Positions 1 to 12,141 of a DNA stretch of 48,997 nt are shown in pieces (positions within the stretch are counted from its first letter, which is position 1; every line of letters starts with the position of its first letter). The position numbers and the translations under genes are program-made. The notes below the pieces were generated by a model that had not been told where the DNA came from, did no database searches, and saw only the letters and a program-made list of their open reading frames with translations. This stretch comes from Octopus bimaculoides. Lineage: Eukaryota. The DNA lies in assembly GCF_001194135.2 (NCBI RefSeq), contig NC_068985.1:6491423-6540419 (forward strand), given 5' to 3'.

Positions 1-19
1 TATATATATATATAAGCAG

Positions 20-74
<55 letters not shown>

Positions 75-75
75 A
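1..75. repeat. (TA)n + (AGAT)n microsatellite
   Basis: Direct reading of tandem TA then AGAT units. Confidence 0.97.
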
Positions 76-1288
76 CTATTGATGTATATGCGTATAAATA
101 CAATGAATGTGACAATGAACTTACACCCGTCACCACACGAGTAAATTGATCCTGCGCGGAAGTGTTTTTTTTTTCTTTATTTTTATAATCACAACGGTTT
201 GATCCGTCATATATGAATAATTACTAAGACATTGTTAAACTTTTATTTATGATTATCATCGTTTTCTAATTTCATTTTCACGTATGTTATTCTATGCTAT
301 ACATAACAACGCTCAATTTCATTTCAATGCAAGCGTTCTTTCAGTCTACCTTTTTTAATGGGAAATATTTTTTGATATACTTTAATTGAGCGTCTCCTGT
401 TTTTCCATACATACGTGCTTGAATTATATCATTCACTTGTCATCTGCATTGGGTATTTGCTCAATATATCTGATTAAGGAACATACGTACCCATTCAATA
501 TTAGGATTTAGAAAGCTGCGTTGTGTCTGGTGTTGATTTTGTGTGTATTTTGCTGCGTATAATGTATAGAAAAATAACTGGCTCTGTTTGTGATTCGTCG
601 GGTTCAGTGCATTGTACTGTTGTTATAGCCTTGTGGGAATTGTGGATTATACAGAATGACAAACCTGCATTTTCAGAAGTTATTTTGTATGGTATGTGTT
701 TTTGCATCAGGGGTTGTGATACATTGTAATAATGTTGCTCTAAATGCGCTTTACTAATTTTGCTGCTAAAATGAAAGCGTCCTCAACAACATATGAACTG
801 CAGGTAACGTTTAATTTTAAATGAGTGCAGACTTATGAGATTGTTTACAGTTGAATTAACATTTTCCATCTTACCTAGGGTAAGAATAATTGTTATTTTC
901 GTGAGTGAAATTTCGAATACCATATCAAACGTTAGCCAGATAATTGGTGTACAGAAACGTTCCGGCTCGAATATATGTTTTCATGTTTGTCCAAATATCC
1001 AACATATACATAATTCTCGCCAATTCGTAGTGATTTATCCTTCTGGCATCCATGATTTTACAGCATTCTCTTGGTTTTCATGGGATATTTTTGAAATAAT
1101 GGCCAGTGGACAGCGCTATCGGATCGATAATATGATTAGTGATTAACTGTGGTGAGTGAACAGGCAAAAGTATGTGCTTAAATTTATGATTCTACTGATT
1201 ATATATATTGCGGCAGTAAATGACGACATTATTTCCTAATTTTTTATAGACAATAGATTTTCCGAGTCAACGTGGTGCGTGAATAGAG

Positions 1289-1362
1289 ATGTGTGTGTGT
1301 GTATGTATGTATCTATGAATGTATTATGTATGTATGTATGTATGTATGTATGTATGTATGTA
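1289..1362. repeat. (TG)n/(TATG)n microsatellite
   Basis: Tandem units visible. Confidence 0.95.
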
Positions 1363-1364
1363 TC

Positions 1365-1562
1365 GAAAGCGTGTATTCTTGTTTAACGCTCGAAATATGT
1401 GACTAGAAAAACAGCCAACAACTGATGAAGGGTCTTTCTTTATGTTGTTTGATTTGTTTTCCATTTTTGTCTTTTGTTGTTCGAAAGAATAATGCATGTT
1501 CAATGTACTCGTGTTTCATATTTTTTTGTTGTACCCGTTTCATGACGCCCTGTGCCCACATA
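1365..1562 (+). mobile_element. Possible Penelope-type terminal (pLTR-like) remnant
   Basis: GAAA...CTGATGAAGG followed by a T-rich tract, the same layout as 18640-18930 on the minus strand. No coding evidence. Confidence 0.3.
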
Positions 1563-1943
1563 GTTGTTGGCATCCTTTCTTCTCGGGAGACAGTGGAGTT
1601 GTGCATAAAATCAGTATTGCGCAGGCCTGGGCTCGATGTAAGACAATCCTGGGTAGCCCAATCGTTAGGATTCCGCTCTCGACCTTACTGACGTAGTCCA
1701 AAGGAGTGCACAGCATTACGTTTGGCACCAGTTTGGTTGCAGGAGCTGCCGGAAGAGAGTCTAGTCAAACACTAAACCGCCTACGGGGCTCCACTCCGGA
1801 TTTCTTTGAAGGTTGTTTCCTTTCCGTAACCCTGGATAGGGGCCCATACCGGGTGCTGTCAGCCGGAGTCAGCTGACCCCGGGCCTCGTGTCAGGTAGGG
1901 TTGTCACTCCCTGAAGTAATGAAGAAAATCGCTACCAACTACT
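1563..1943 (-). mobile_element. Short non-autonomous RTE-derived retroelement (5'UTR-like part fused to RTE 3' end)
   Basis: The minus strand carries AAATCCGGAGTGGAGCCCC...CTGGTGCCAAACGTA...GGACTACGTCAGTAAGGTCGAGAG (RTE 5'UTR/Ceph-domain-like) and ends CTCCACTGTCTCCCGAGAAGAAAGGATGCCAACAAC (RTE-type 3' end). Flanked by a 12-bp TSD with one mismatch: TGTGCCCACATA 1551-1562 and TGTGTCCACATA 1944-1955. Confidence 0.7.
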
Positions 1944-2429
1944 TGTGTCCACATATGCTTATATATATATATATATATAGATATAGATATATATACGCAC
2001 ATACATAGATATATCTATATCTATACGCACATACATACATGCATACATACACACATAAAATGATCTACATGTGCAATCTTAAAAACTTTCTGCCATTAGC
2101 ATACTCGCGTTCTCATTTGAATGCCAATATGTTAGTAGCTGATAAGCTTCCTTTTCGGAGAACACCATTTCTCGCTCCTATTATACAAAAGGATTTTACT
2201 TACGTTTGTTTGCTTGCTGCTTTTTTTTTTTCATATAGCCATATAAATTTCCTACATACACTTCATTCGCATTTCGATATTCTAATTATTGTACACACAT
2301 TACACCTCACCAACCAACTGTTTAACTGCATTGTCCATATTTTCAAACTTTGTGCATATTTATCTTATTTTGGTTTGTAACTTTGGTTGTTGGCACAAAG
2401 CCCACATTTCCGTGGGAGTGATTATGTTG

Positions 2430-2594
2430 ATGACATCAAACTCTAATCCTCAAGTGGTGTCTATATTGTCGACTCCGAAAGGATGAAAGGTTAAGTCAAC
2501 CCCGGCAGAATTTCAACTCAGAACGTAAAGACGGACGAAATGCTTCTAAGCATTTCCTCGGGAACGTTAACGATTATGCCAACTTGCTGCCTAA
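2430..2594 (-). mobile_element. SINE type C (tRNA-like head), diverged
   Basis: Plus strand CGACTCCGAAAGGATGAAAGG...AACTCAGAACGTAAAGACGGACGAAA...GCCTAA aligns with the other type C copies. Confidence 0.8.
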
Positions 2595-2879
2595 TATTTA
2601 CCTAATATAAACTTTATATTCGTTACTTTAAACATTAGCAGAAGTAATTATTTAAGCATATCATATATTTACTAATCACACACAAACGTCTTTCTCCAAG
2701 GTGATTGATAAATAATCTTTTACATTCTGAATTATTTAAGCTAAAGCAACATCAGATTTGAACGGCAAAAAGAGAGTGAAATCTTCCGATACATTTTATG
2801 AAGCAAATCAGAACTTATCTAATGCTATGAGCTTGGTTCTTATCCAGTTACCAGCAACATAAAGTGCGTTTTCAAATAG

Positions 2880-3003
2880 ATTTTTCATGTGTTGGAGTAG
2901 AATAAGTAGATCCCTGCTTCGACAAGCAAAAGTAGATTTGATACGTATCAAAGAAAGAGCACAAATACATCGATGGGCAGATAACCAGATGACGTTATGT
3001 TTC
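2880..3003 (+). CDS. Candidate internal host exon, (x)FFMCWSRISRSLLRQAKVDLIRIKERAQIHRWADNQMTLCF; product unknown
   Basis: Acceptor gcgttttcaaatag|, donor TTC|gtgagt, one open frame (phase 2 to 0). No family recognised. Confidence 0.3.
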
Positions 3004-3685
3004 GTGAGTAGATCACACGACATAGAATTCTTGGCTTCGGTACATATGTTCTCGTAACAAGACATACACGCCTCAACTTATACTTCTTAGTTACAACTCA
3101 CGAGATATTCGTTACGTAACTGAAAACAATTTCTATATATTATGAATTTAGGTGATGGTTAAATTTACAGCTATACAGTAAAATTATAAGCACACTCGTT
3201 AACAAAACGCATAGCCATATACTCACAGATATATACACATATAACGGTGTAGATGTGTGTGTCTGATATATATATATATATATATCTACCATTACTCTAC
3301 CTGTATACACACGTACGCATGTCCATCCATTTGTCCATCCATTCATGCATACATGGGTACACACGCAGACACTCACACACAAAAACACATACACACACAC
3401 ATATATATCATACCTGTCACTTTCTCTGAAGTTTTATGCGTTAGTTTCATGTTCCATCTTTCTATTTTATGAAACAGACCATACGCATAATTACACACGT
3501 ACACACATAAATGTACGTACGTCCCGTCAACACCCATATAACACACAGGCATGCTCAGAAAATAAAAGCAAATGTAAGCACGAAAATCGTTGGTCTCGGA
3601 ATAGTCATAATATTTCCTTCTTTCCTTGTTCCTACGTATCGATTCTCTCACTGTCTCTTTCTAGCACACACAGACCCACATTCAA

Positions 3686-3687
3686 AC

Positions 3688-3726
<39 letters not shown>

Positions 3727-3767
3727 CACATCGACTCTCTCTCTACTTTTCATGCCTATCTATATAC

Positions 3768-3813
<46 letters not shown>
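3686..3813. repeat. Compound (CA)n, (CT)n, (TA)n, (GA)n microsatellite
   Basis: Tandem units visible. Confidence 0.95.
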
Positions 3814-3817
<4 letters not shown>

Positions 3818-5111
3818 GAGTCCTAGCAAATAGATGAGTAACTGTCGAAACAGAATTTATACCTAATACTTTACTATTAAATTCTGGAAGAGGCTACTAA
3901 TTGTGATATAAACTACTGCATGTGACTTATACATATGTGCGTTCCCTTGAAGTTTGAGAAGACAAAGTAATAAAACACTATGTACTTCATTACAGTAGCG
4001 TTTCTCCCATATTTAAAGTGACATATCAGTTTATTATTTTCTACTTCAAACATCATACAGGCATACCAATTTACTTGAGGCGAAAATTGATTGATTTTAT
4101 TTATCAGAAACAAAATGTTGGATCTCAAAGATAAGCCATTCTGTGTGGGTGGTCTCAATTACATGGTTTTACAAAATCAAAAGAAGAGAGCGTATCTAGG
4201 AGTTGCATTATAAACGTTAGATTAATGGATATATTGATGATTAATACAGTAAGACAACGGAAAATATGTGGTAATGGTAGGAGGTGAATTCTGGTAGCAT
4301 TGAAAGCAATGAAAATAAGCAATAACCATAATATAAATAGCTTGTATGGTAGATTGAAAAGTTTTACCGTTTGGCGAAGAGATAATGAAAAAGACGAAAA
4401 TGGCGCCATGCTCAAGTAAACGAATTAAAATAGGTACGGATGATTAAAACGCATTAAATCTATTGATGTTTCAAGCACCAACATAGCAATTATATTTTCA
4501 TTCATGAATATATCCTGCTAGGTGCAAATTAATAAAAATCCCTGATGTTCATTTAACATTGTTATAATCTTGAATAGAGGTACAGCGTTCTAAAAGAACG
4601 GAAATTACAATAAAATTATTATCAGCTCGTCATTCGGAGATGAAGATTTGTTTAGGAATTGAAAACGTAATGTTGTTCATAATGAAATACGTAAGAAAAT
4701 AAATTACTAACGTATTGCAGACAAAAGATTCTATGTGGACAATTATTAGATTGTATATTATTATATAGAATTTATTTCAGTTTCTTTAAAATTTGTAGTT
4801 ATAGATATGGTACTTCAAATATTTCTTCTGTTTCGAACCGAATGTCAGTGTATAAAACTCACCCGATGTTCTAAAGTTTCCCTTCCCGGGCTCATAATTT
4901 TTCTAGTTTGCTTAAAATATTCAAACCGGAAACAGACCTCCTACATAATAATTCATTTCCAAAATTACAAAATGCATGTTTTCAATTAAAACAAATTTTG
5001 ACACATAGCGACAAAAGCGATATGAACACCACAAAGTTAATATTGATCTTCAACTTAAGGTGGACGTTGTATTAGAACGCAGAATATTGCGTTATTTACC
5101 TTGAATGAATC

Positions 5112-5240
5112 TCTCATATGAGATACAGTAGATGACATTGGTAGAAGTGCAGGTGAAGGAGTCAGTGATACGATAGGGTCGATAATGGGTGCCGGTCAGG
5201 AGGGTGGTGTTGGAGAGGTAAGGGCAAGTGCGGCACAAGT
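5112..5240 (-). mobile_element. Penelope-like element fragment (CxxC linker into GIY-YIG region)
   Basis: Minus-strand frame reads CRTCPYLSNTTLLTGTHYRPYRITDSFTCTSTNVIYCIS. DNA aligns with 17400-17480. Confidence 0.75.
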
Positions 5241-6250
5241 ATTGTTGTCGATTCGTGCGAATAAAATTCTGAAAGTCGGTATCCAGTCATAATCGCAGTC
5301 TGACGACAGTAACAAGTTAGATATAACAGATAGTGTTTATAGGTAGTTCTGTTTGTGCTACAGAAAAATTATTTGAAAATTATAGCAGTAATATAATCCA
5401 ATATTTGTTATTTAAACTAGTAACAGCAGCAATTATAATTATTTCACTAATTCACTATGAAAGCAATGTCTAAATACCGATTATAAAAAGTTTTAATAGC
5501 TATTTACCAAAATATGAATACGTCAAGTTAGATTTAATAAATTGTAAAAGTTTTCCTAGTTAAATTAGATAAAATTAGAGAAAAGTAAATAGGATCGGAT
5601 TATTAGCTTGTTCAAAGGGCAAAGATCAAACTTAAATAAAAAGAAAATGAGAATTAAATAAACACAAGAGTCAGTATTCATTAAAATTGTGAATATATTA
5701 ATAGAAAATATGAATAGCAAAGGAGAATTTTCTGAGTGTTTGTGAGTGTATGTGGTCTGTAGATGACAAACGGGTACGGAGAAAAATAAAAGTATTAGCA
5801 TGAGCGATACAATTTAAGGAATCAACAGTCAATTATCAGTATATTTAAAGTATAAAAATAAAGCATACGCAAAAGTAAAATTAAAAGTTTAGTAGTTTAA
5901 AGAAATAACATGGTAATAAGGAATACAAATAGTGCTTACGTTTATGCTATATGATCTCCTATTTTTATTAATATTGAAGTTTATTACAGGTTTCATAGGG
6001 AGAAGGACAGGTGAGAAAATAAGTAGAACTACATTGAATAAGATTAGGCAAATGTGTAGCAGTAAAGAATACATAAATGACAAGAATCAATTTAGTTAAC
6101 TTACTGTTTAACATAATTGTAATTAAGAAAAACAAAATTGCTAGGGCTAGAAACGAAATCTAAACTAAATTCATTCTAGAAATGAAAAATACAGGAAACA
6201 GCGATTCGCCTGTTCATCATTAGTACTTGCTGATATGTGAAATAAAATTG

Positions 6251-6867
6251 CAGGCGTAGCCGTGTGGTAAGTAGCTTCTTCCCACATTTTTTGGTTCCGG
6301 GTTCAGTCCCGCTGCGTGGAATCTTGGGCTTGTGTCTTCTAGTATAGACTCCGGCCGCGCAAACGCTTGCGAGTGGATTCGGAAGGCGGAAATTGAAAAG
6401 ATGCTCGTTGGATCTCATCTTTTGCAGTCCTTATTTCTTGTATTACTATTCGCATTCTGGCAACCCTGGTCGACTACTGTGAAATATAAAAATAACTTTT
6501 TCAGTTTATCGTACTTCTATACGAAAAAAAAAAACCCACAAACTTTCTTCTCAATAAATCACTATTGTCCCTGCAAGTTGTTTTTCTTTTAAATATTTAC
6601 TACGGATTGCTTGAAGCTAACTTTCTTCCTACACATATTTTTGTGTGTGTTTTTGTGCCTGTGTTTGCCTCACCCACTATTGCCTGACAACCAATATGGG
6701 TGTGCTTTCGTTCCCGTTATATAGCGGTTCGGCAAAAGACAGCCGATAGAAAAATTACCAGGCTTAAAAAGAATAAGTCTTGTGGGGGGGCGATTTCTTC
6801 CACTTAAAGGCGATGCTCCAGCATGGCCGCAGTTTAAATGATTGAAAAAACTAAAAAAGTAAAAAGA
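6251..6867 (+). mobile_element. SINE type A, with about 230 bp of non-repetitive sequence between its two halves
   Basis: Head GGCGTAGCCGTGTGGTAAG...GGGTTCAGTCCC (A/B-box-like). 3' half AGCGGTTCGGCAAAAG...TAAAGGCGATGCTCCAGCATGGCCGCAGT matches the 41068 and 48485 copies. Confidence 0.85.
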
Positions 6868-7277
6868 TGGTTTGTGTATATACAAGCGTTTGTAATAATT
6901 CATCGGCCGGCCTTCAGGTGGAGTTTGTAGAACAGATGAAATGGCGAATGTGGAAGTAAAAATGAAGTACTTATAATTTGTTACATGTACTGTAAAAGTA
7001 AGCAGTGAAGGCATGCAAATTAACATAAAGGTATCATGAGGATAAACATGCTATGATAAATTAAGTACATAGAGCCCCAAAAAATCAAAAATATCAATTT
7101 TAATCGTAATGATGGAGAGGAGTAATCATTTTCCCTTTCCACAATACTAACAAGTGCATACTACGGGGGAAAAATTGGGTGCTATTTCTAGCAAATTGAA
7201 CAACCTCACAGAGAGTACCTCATTGGCTCATTTATTGATGTGTATAAGTAAAGAAAAACTGAAGGAAAATAGACACT

Positions 7278-7282
<5 letters not shown>

Positions 7283-7316
<34 letters not shown>

Positions 7317-7337
7317 ACACACACACACACACACACA
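7283..7337. repeat. (CA)n microsatellite
   Basis: Tandem units visible. Confidence 0.97.
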
Positions 7338-7534
7338 GAGACTGAGACTGACTGAAACTAATTAGATCCTAATACAGTGAATAGCATCCACCACTATTTG
7401 CTACTCATATGAAGTACATATGTATTTCAACCATTTCTATCAAATACACTCTCTTTCTTGAGCATAAAAGAATCCTCTTCCTGGGTGACAATAACTTATA
7501 TGTCAGATTGCTGCACAAGTTCTAACAGCTTTGA

Positions 7535-8095
7535 CGAGGGAAAAACGCCTTTGTCGGTTCCTGTGAATCTATTTTGAAATACTTATATCAACACACATAT
7601 ACAAACAAAATCACAAGACAAACTTCAACCAGAGGGCATGAGACGACTTAAGCAAATTTGAAAACTGACACAGGAATAACAGTTAAAGAGGACGATGAGG
7701 AGGAAGATGCAGTAGTCTTTATGGATAGAGAATTTTATATGAATATTGTGCTGTTCCTATTAAAAGACGATGCATGCTCTGACAAGACTGAAAATTAATA
7801 TCAATAAAATAATGAGAAACCTTAGAATGTTAATGAGCTTATCTCGAGGAGGTCTTACCAACAATGAATACAACTATATTACCAACTTTATATGCAAATG
7901 CAGTCTTTTGTATAGCATACTAAAAGTTTACAAAAGTGAAAAATAAAAGTGAAGCATGCAAAAGAATCCGTGACCTAAACACCGATATTCATGTCTCCTC
8001 GCAAATGGTTTGAAATTAAGACAAGGGCTGTTTCGAAATGTCAAACTCCCGCAGCTATGAAAGACTAATTCTATTTCTCAAGCACATTATATGTT
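7535..8095 (+). mobile_element. Decayed Penelope-like RT N-terminal fragment (copy 1 of a local duplication)
   Basis: Reads LSNLKTDTGITVKEDDEEEDAVVFMDREFY, resembling the PLE IKPADKGGAVV motif. Alignable over about 500 bp with 9555-10070. Confidence 0.75.
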
Positions 8096-8097
8096 TC

Positions 8098-8275
8098 CTA
8101 AGAGCTGAAGACACTTCCGAAAGGGTGGGGGTGCGCCACGTCGAACACGGTAGGGGAGTAGTGTCCGAACCCGGACGTGGTTCCTCTTGATGAATTCTTT
8201 AGCAACTGGATTCTATAAAGAAGCTGTTGAGGTAGTGAACCACGAAATGTGGTTTGAACTACTTCTTATATATTT
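8098..8275 (+). ncRNA. Structured GC-rich island; candidate degenerate hammerhead ribozyme(s)
   Basis: Stem AAGAG 8100-8104 / CTCTT 8184-8188, core CTGAAGA 8105-8111, and further hairpins. Several core deviations (see findings). Confidence 0.3.
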
Positions 8276-8539
8276 AACAAATATATTTTCATATAAGTCT
8301 CTTGTGTATTTACTAAAGGAGACTTAGAAACACATAAACCACAGGACGCACTATAAACATTTATCATAAGCTTACATGTATCATATGTTGATATTTCGTG
8401 TTGCTTTATTTTGCCGATCAGTGCCAGTAGAAGATAGCATTTCGCTTTGAAATACACCTACTTACTAGTAAATATATTCGTCGTTGGTATGTATAAAATC
8501 TTTCTTTGAGCTCTAAAAAGGTAAGAAACTGTCACTCCT

Positions 8540-8800
8540 TACATCGAAGAGAAACAAAACTGCAAGTGAAATGCAGTGGAAAAACCTTCAAACTCTGTTG
8601 GTAGGAAAATTGTGTTGGAGAGAAATAATGTTGAAAAGATGTGCAAATACATGTCAGGAAACGATTTGCAAATAATCAAACATGAACTTAGCCAGGAACA
8701 TATATTGATTTACCCGGTTGAGAAGAATTTTATGCATCGAGAGTGCACAAAGTGTTCTTGCTGAAGGAATACTGGGAATTTATTTATGAAAAATGGGACT
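8540..8800 (-). mobile_element. Possible L2/CR1-type LINE C-terminal remnant
   Basis: Minus frame NQYMFLAKFMFDYLQIVS*HVFAHLFNIISLQHNFPTN resembles L2/Crack ORF2 C-termini. Confidence 0.35.
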
Positions 8801-9329
8801 AAAAATTAAGACAAACTGCATAAGCGTACGACAAGCTATGTGCTTGATCATTCTCTTATACACGTTCTGTCAGAAACAGTATTTTTTGGCACAATTTGGA
8901 GTTGTAGCTGGATTTCAAGACTAAATCGAATTACACTTGACTACAAAGCAGAGCTGAATTAAATCGTCACTGCAGTTATATATGGGAAATTAAACTGAAA
9001 ACAGTTTTAGAAAATGTCATGACTTTTATTAATAAAACTAAAATGTTGACAGTGTTACAGACGTTACGAATGGTTTTACATTTAATAATGGTTGTGTGAA
9101 TCTTACTGGCTTTCGACAATGATGTCGACCACCAGCAGAATCGTTTTGTATCCGTGTTTATTAATTATATATCTGAGACGTTATGAAATTATATTTTAAT
9201 ATTTTAGACCTATTCCAAATTGTGTATATATCTGTTTGACAAAAATAACTTTCAAGTATGCTACCTATCAAAAGATAAATTGCAGAAAGCTTTCATACAT
9301 TTCGAAAAGCTTTCTGAGTAGTTAGTTTC

Positions 9330-10465
9330 AATATGAATTTATCAAAGAACGAAAATAAAGATACAACAAATTAATCTACTCTGTAAAACACTTAACTTTG
9401 CAACCCAACCGTAATGACAGATTTACAACAAATGAAAACAAACATTCCTCAATTCTGCAGAATAAAAAAGTGCTCAGCGAAGAACGCTACAACTAAAACA
9501 ACATTGATAAATCTATTTAAGAATCAGCAACTATAATACTTCACCAAAAGGTGAGGAAAAAAAAACCCTTGTCGGTTCCTGTGAATATATTTTGAAATAC
9601 TTATATCAACACATACAAACATAATCACAAAACAAACTTCAGCCAGAAAGAATGAGACGACTTAAGCAAATTTGAAAACTGACACAGGAATAACAATTAA
9701 AGAGGGCGATAAGGAAGATGAGGTGGTTTTCATGGATAGAGAATTTTATATGAATATTGTGCTATTCTTATTAAAAGATGATGCATTGTCTGACAAGACC
9801 GAAAATTAATATCAACAAAAATAATGAGAAACCTTAGAATGTTAATGAGCTTATCTCGAGGAGGTCTCACCAACAATGAATATAACTATATCGCCAACTT
9901 TATATGCAAATGTAATCTTTTGTATTGCATAGAAAACATTTACAAAAGTGAAAAAAAAAGTGAAGCATGCGAAGGAATTCCTGACCTAAACACCGTCATT
10001 TATGTCTCCTCGCAAATGTTTTGAAATTAAGACAAGAGCTGGTTCAAGACGTCAAACCGCCGGTGTAAGCATTTATGAAAGACTGATGTTTTCTCAAATG
10101 CATAAGAGAAGCCTTATACAGGGTGTTCAAAACGTCTCTCCGCAGTGAATGTTTTTCATCCTTTGAAGTCTAATCTATACTTTTGTAGTCTTATACCATC
10201 TTATAAATATTTATTCTACAATAAAATACTTACCGCGGAGAGGCTTTTTGAATATTCTGTATATGTTAAACTTCCTCCCGAAAAGGCTCGACGGAAAACG
10301 TCTCCTAGTATCTTTTGATGCTGTGAATCTTCATTCAAATATAACTCACAAGTTTGGAATGTAGGCCATTACATTCTGGTTGAATACTTATACTGGTGAA
10401 CGTTCTTATACCATAAAAAAACGACATAATTTGTAATAGAAAGTCTAAGATTTACTTTATCGAGA
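9330..10465 (+). mobile_element. Decayed Penelope-like RT region (copy 2), interrupted by a MITE
   Basis: After removing the MITE: LKCIREALYMLNFLPKRLDGKRLLVSFDAVNLHSNITHKFGM*AITFWLNTY, the PLE LVSFDVxxLY motif. Stops and frameshifts present. Confidence 0.8.
10119..10259. mobile_element. Tc1/mariner-type MITE, 141 bp
   Basis: Imperfect ~30-bp TIRs: CAGGGTGTTCAAAACGTCTCTCCGCAGTG versus reverse complement CAGAATATTCAAAAAGCCTCTCCGCGGTA. TA duplications at 10117-10118 and 10260-10261. Confidence 0.8.
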
Positions 10466-10551
10466 AACATTTGTGGCTAATAGAGAGACGAAAAGAATAA
10501 TCAATTTGGCACATGCATATACAAGAAAACCGAAGAAGTACTTTAAGGATT

Positions 10552-10655
10552 GCTTCAGGACGATGAAGAAGATGCAGTGGTCTTTACGGAGAGAGAATTT
10601 TATATAAATCTTGTGCTGTTCACATTAAAAGATGATGCATGCTCCGACAAGAATG
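10552..10655 (+). repeat. Third, partial copy of the Penelope RT segment
   Basis: GGACGATGAAGAAGATGCAGTGGTCTTTACGGAGAGAGAATTTTAT...GATGCATGCTCCGACAAGA aligns with 7690-7790 and 9700-9800. Confidence 0.75.
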
Positions 10656-10659
10656 TAAA

Positions 10660-11106
10660 CAGACGAACTACAAGCATTTGAAAAAACTGGAATGAATAAA
10701 ATTATAAAATTCGCCATATGATAAAGACATAACCAACTCCCATGTTCAGACATCTGAATAAAATATGCAACAAACGTAGAATGGATATTTGTGACAGACC
10801 ATGCCTTTCTGTTGAAGACCAATGAAAAACGAACCTCCACCAACTTCTCTGCATTTATCTATGCACACGTGTCAATGCTCTCTATGCCATAAGGTCTGCA
10901 AATCTATCGGAGGCCTCAAAGGTCATTTTAAAATTCACAAAGATGAGAACTTAACTGCAGCTCTGGGTTGTCAAAAATGGATATGCTATCTATGTGGGTG
11001 ACTTTTCAAAACATTGTCTGGTTTAAAAAGCCACATCAGACGCCATGGTGGATCTAAGGTGTGGGTATAGGAGGTGATCAGATTCTGCATAAGGAGTAGA
11101 CAAGCA

Positions 11107-11110
<4 letters not shown>
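10660..11110 (+). mobile_element. RTE-type LINE 3' end with C2H2 zinc fingers, decayed
   Basis: CSLCHKVCKSIGGLKGHFKIH (10876-10939) and CYLCG*LFKTLSGLKSHIRRH (10984-11046). Short 3'UTR running into (AT)n. Confidence 0.7.

Positions 11111-12141
<1,031 letters not shown>

Noticed and set aside
868-1150. Minus-strand exon-like segment 875-1146 and the palindrome TCTTACC-TAG-GGTAAGA giving donor-like sites on both strands
   Set aside because: Stops in all three frames. AGGTAAG words are expected a few times per strand by chance. It could only be a non-coding exon, which cannot be tested from sequence alone.
1385-1435. CTGATGA motifs at 1422 (+) and near 18770 (-) as hammerhead cores
   Set aside because: I could not build stems I-III with a GAAA and NUH in the required register.
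3913-4415. Two adjacent hydrophobic minus-strand ORFs with a faint likeness to ligand-gated channel TM segments
   Set aside because: Different frames separated by stops and no diagnostic motif. Hydrophobicity is expected from T-rich DNA.
8228-8270. TGAGGTAGT (let-7 5' end) in a hairpin
   Set aside because: Only 9 nt match and the hairpin of about 40 nt is too short for a pre-miRNA.
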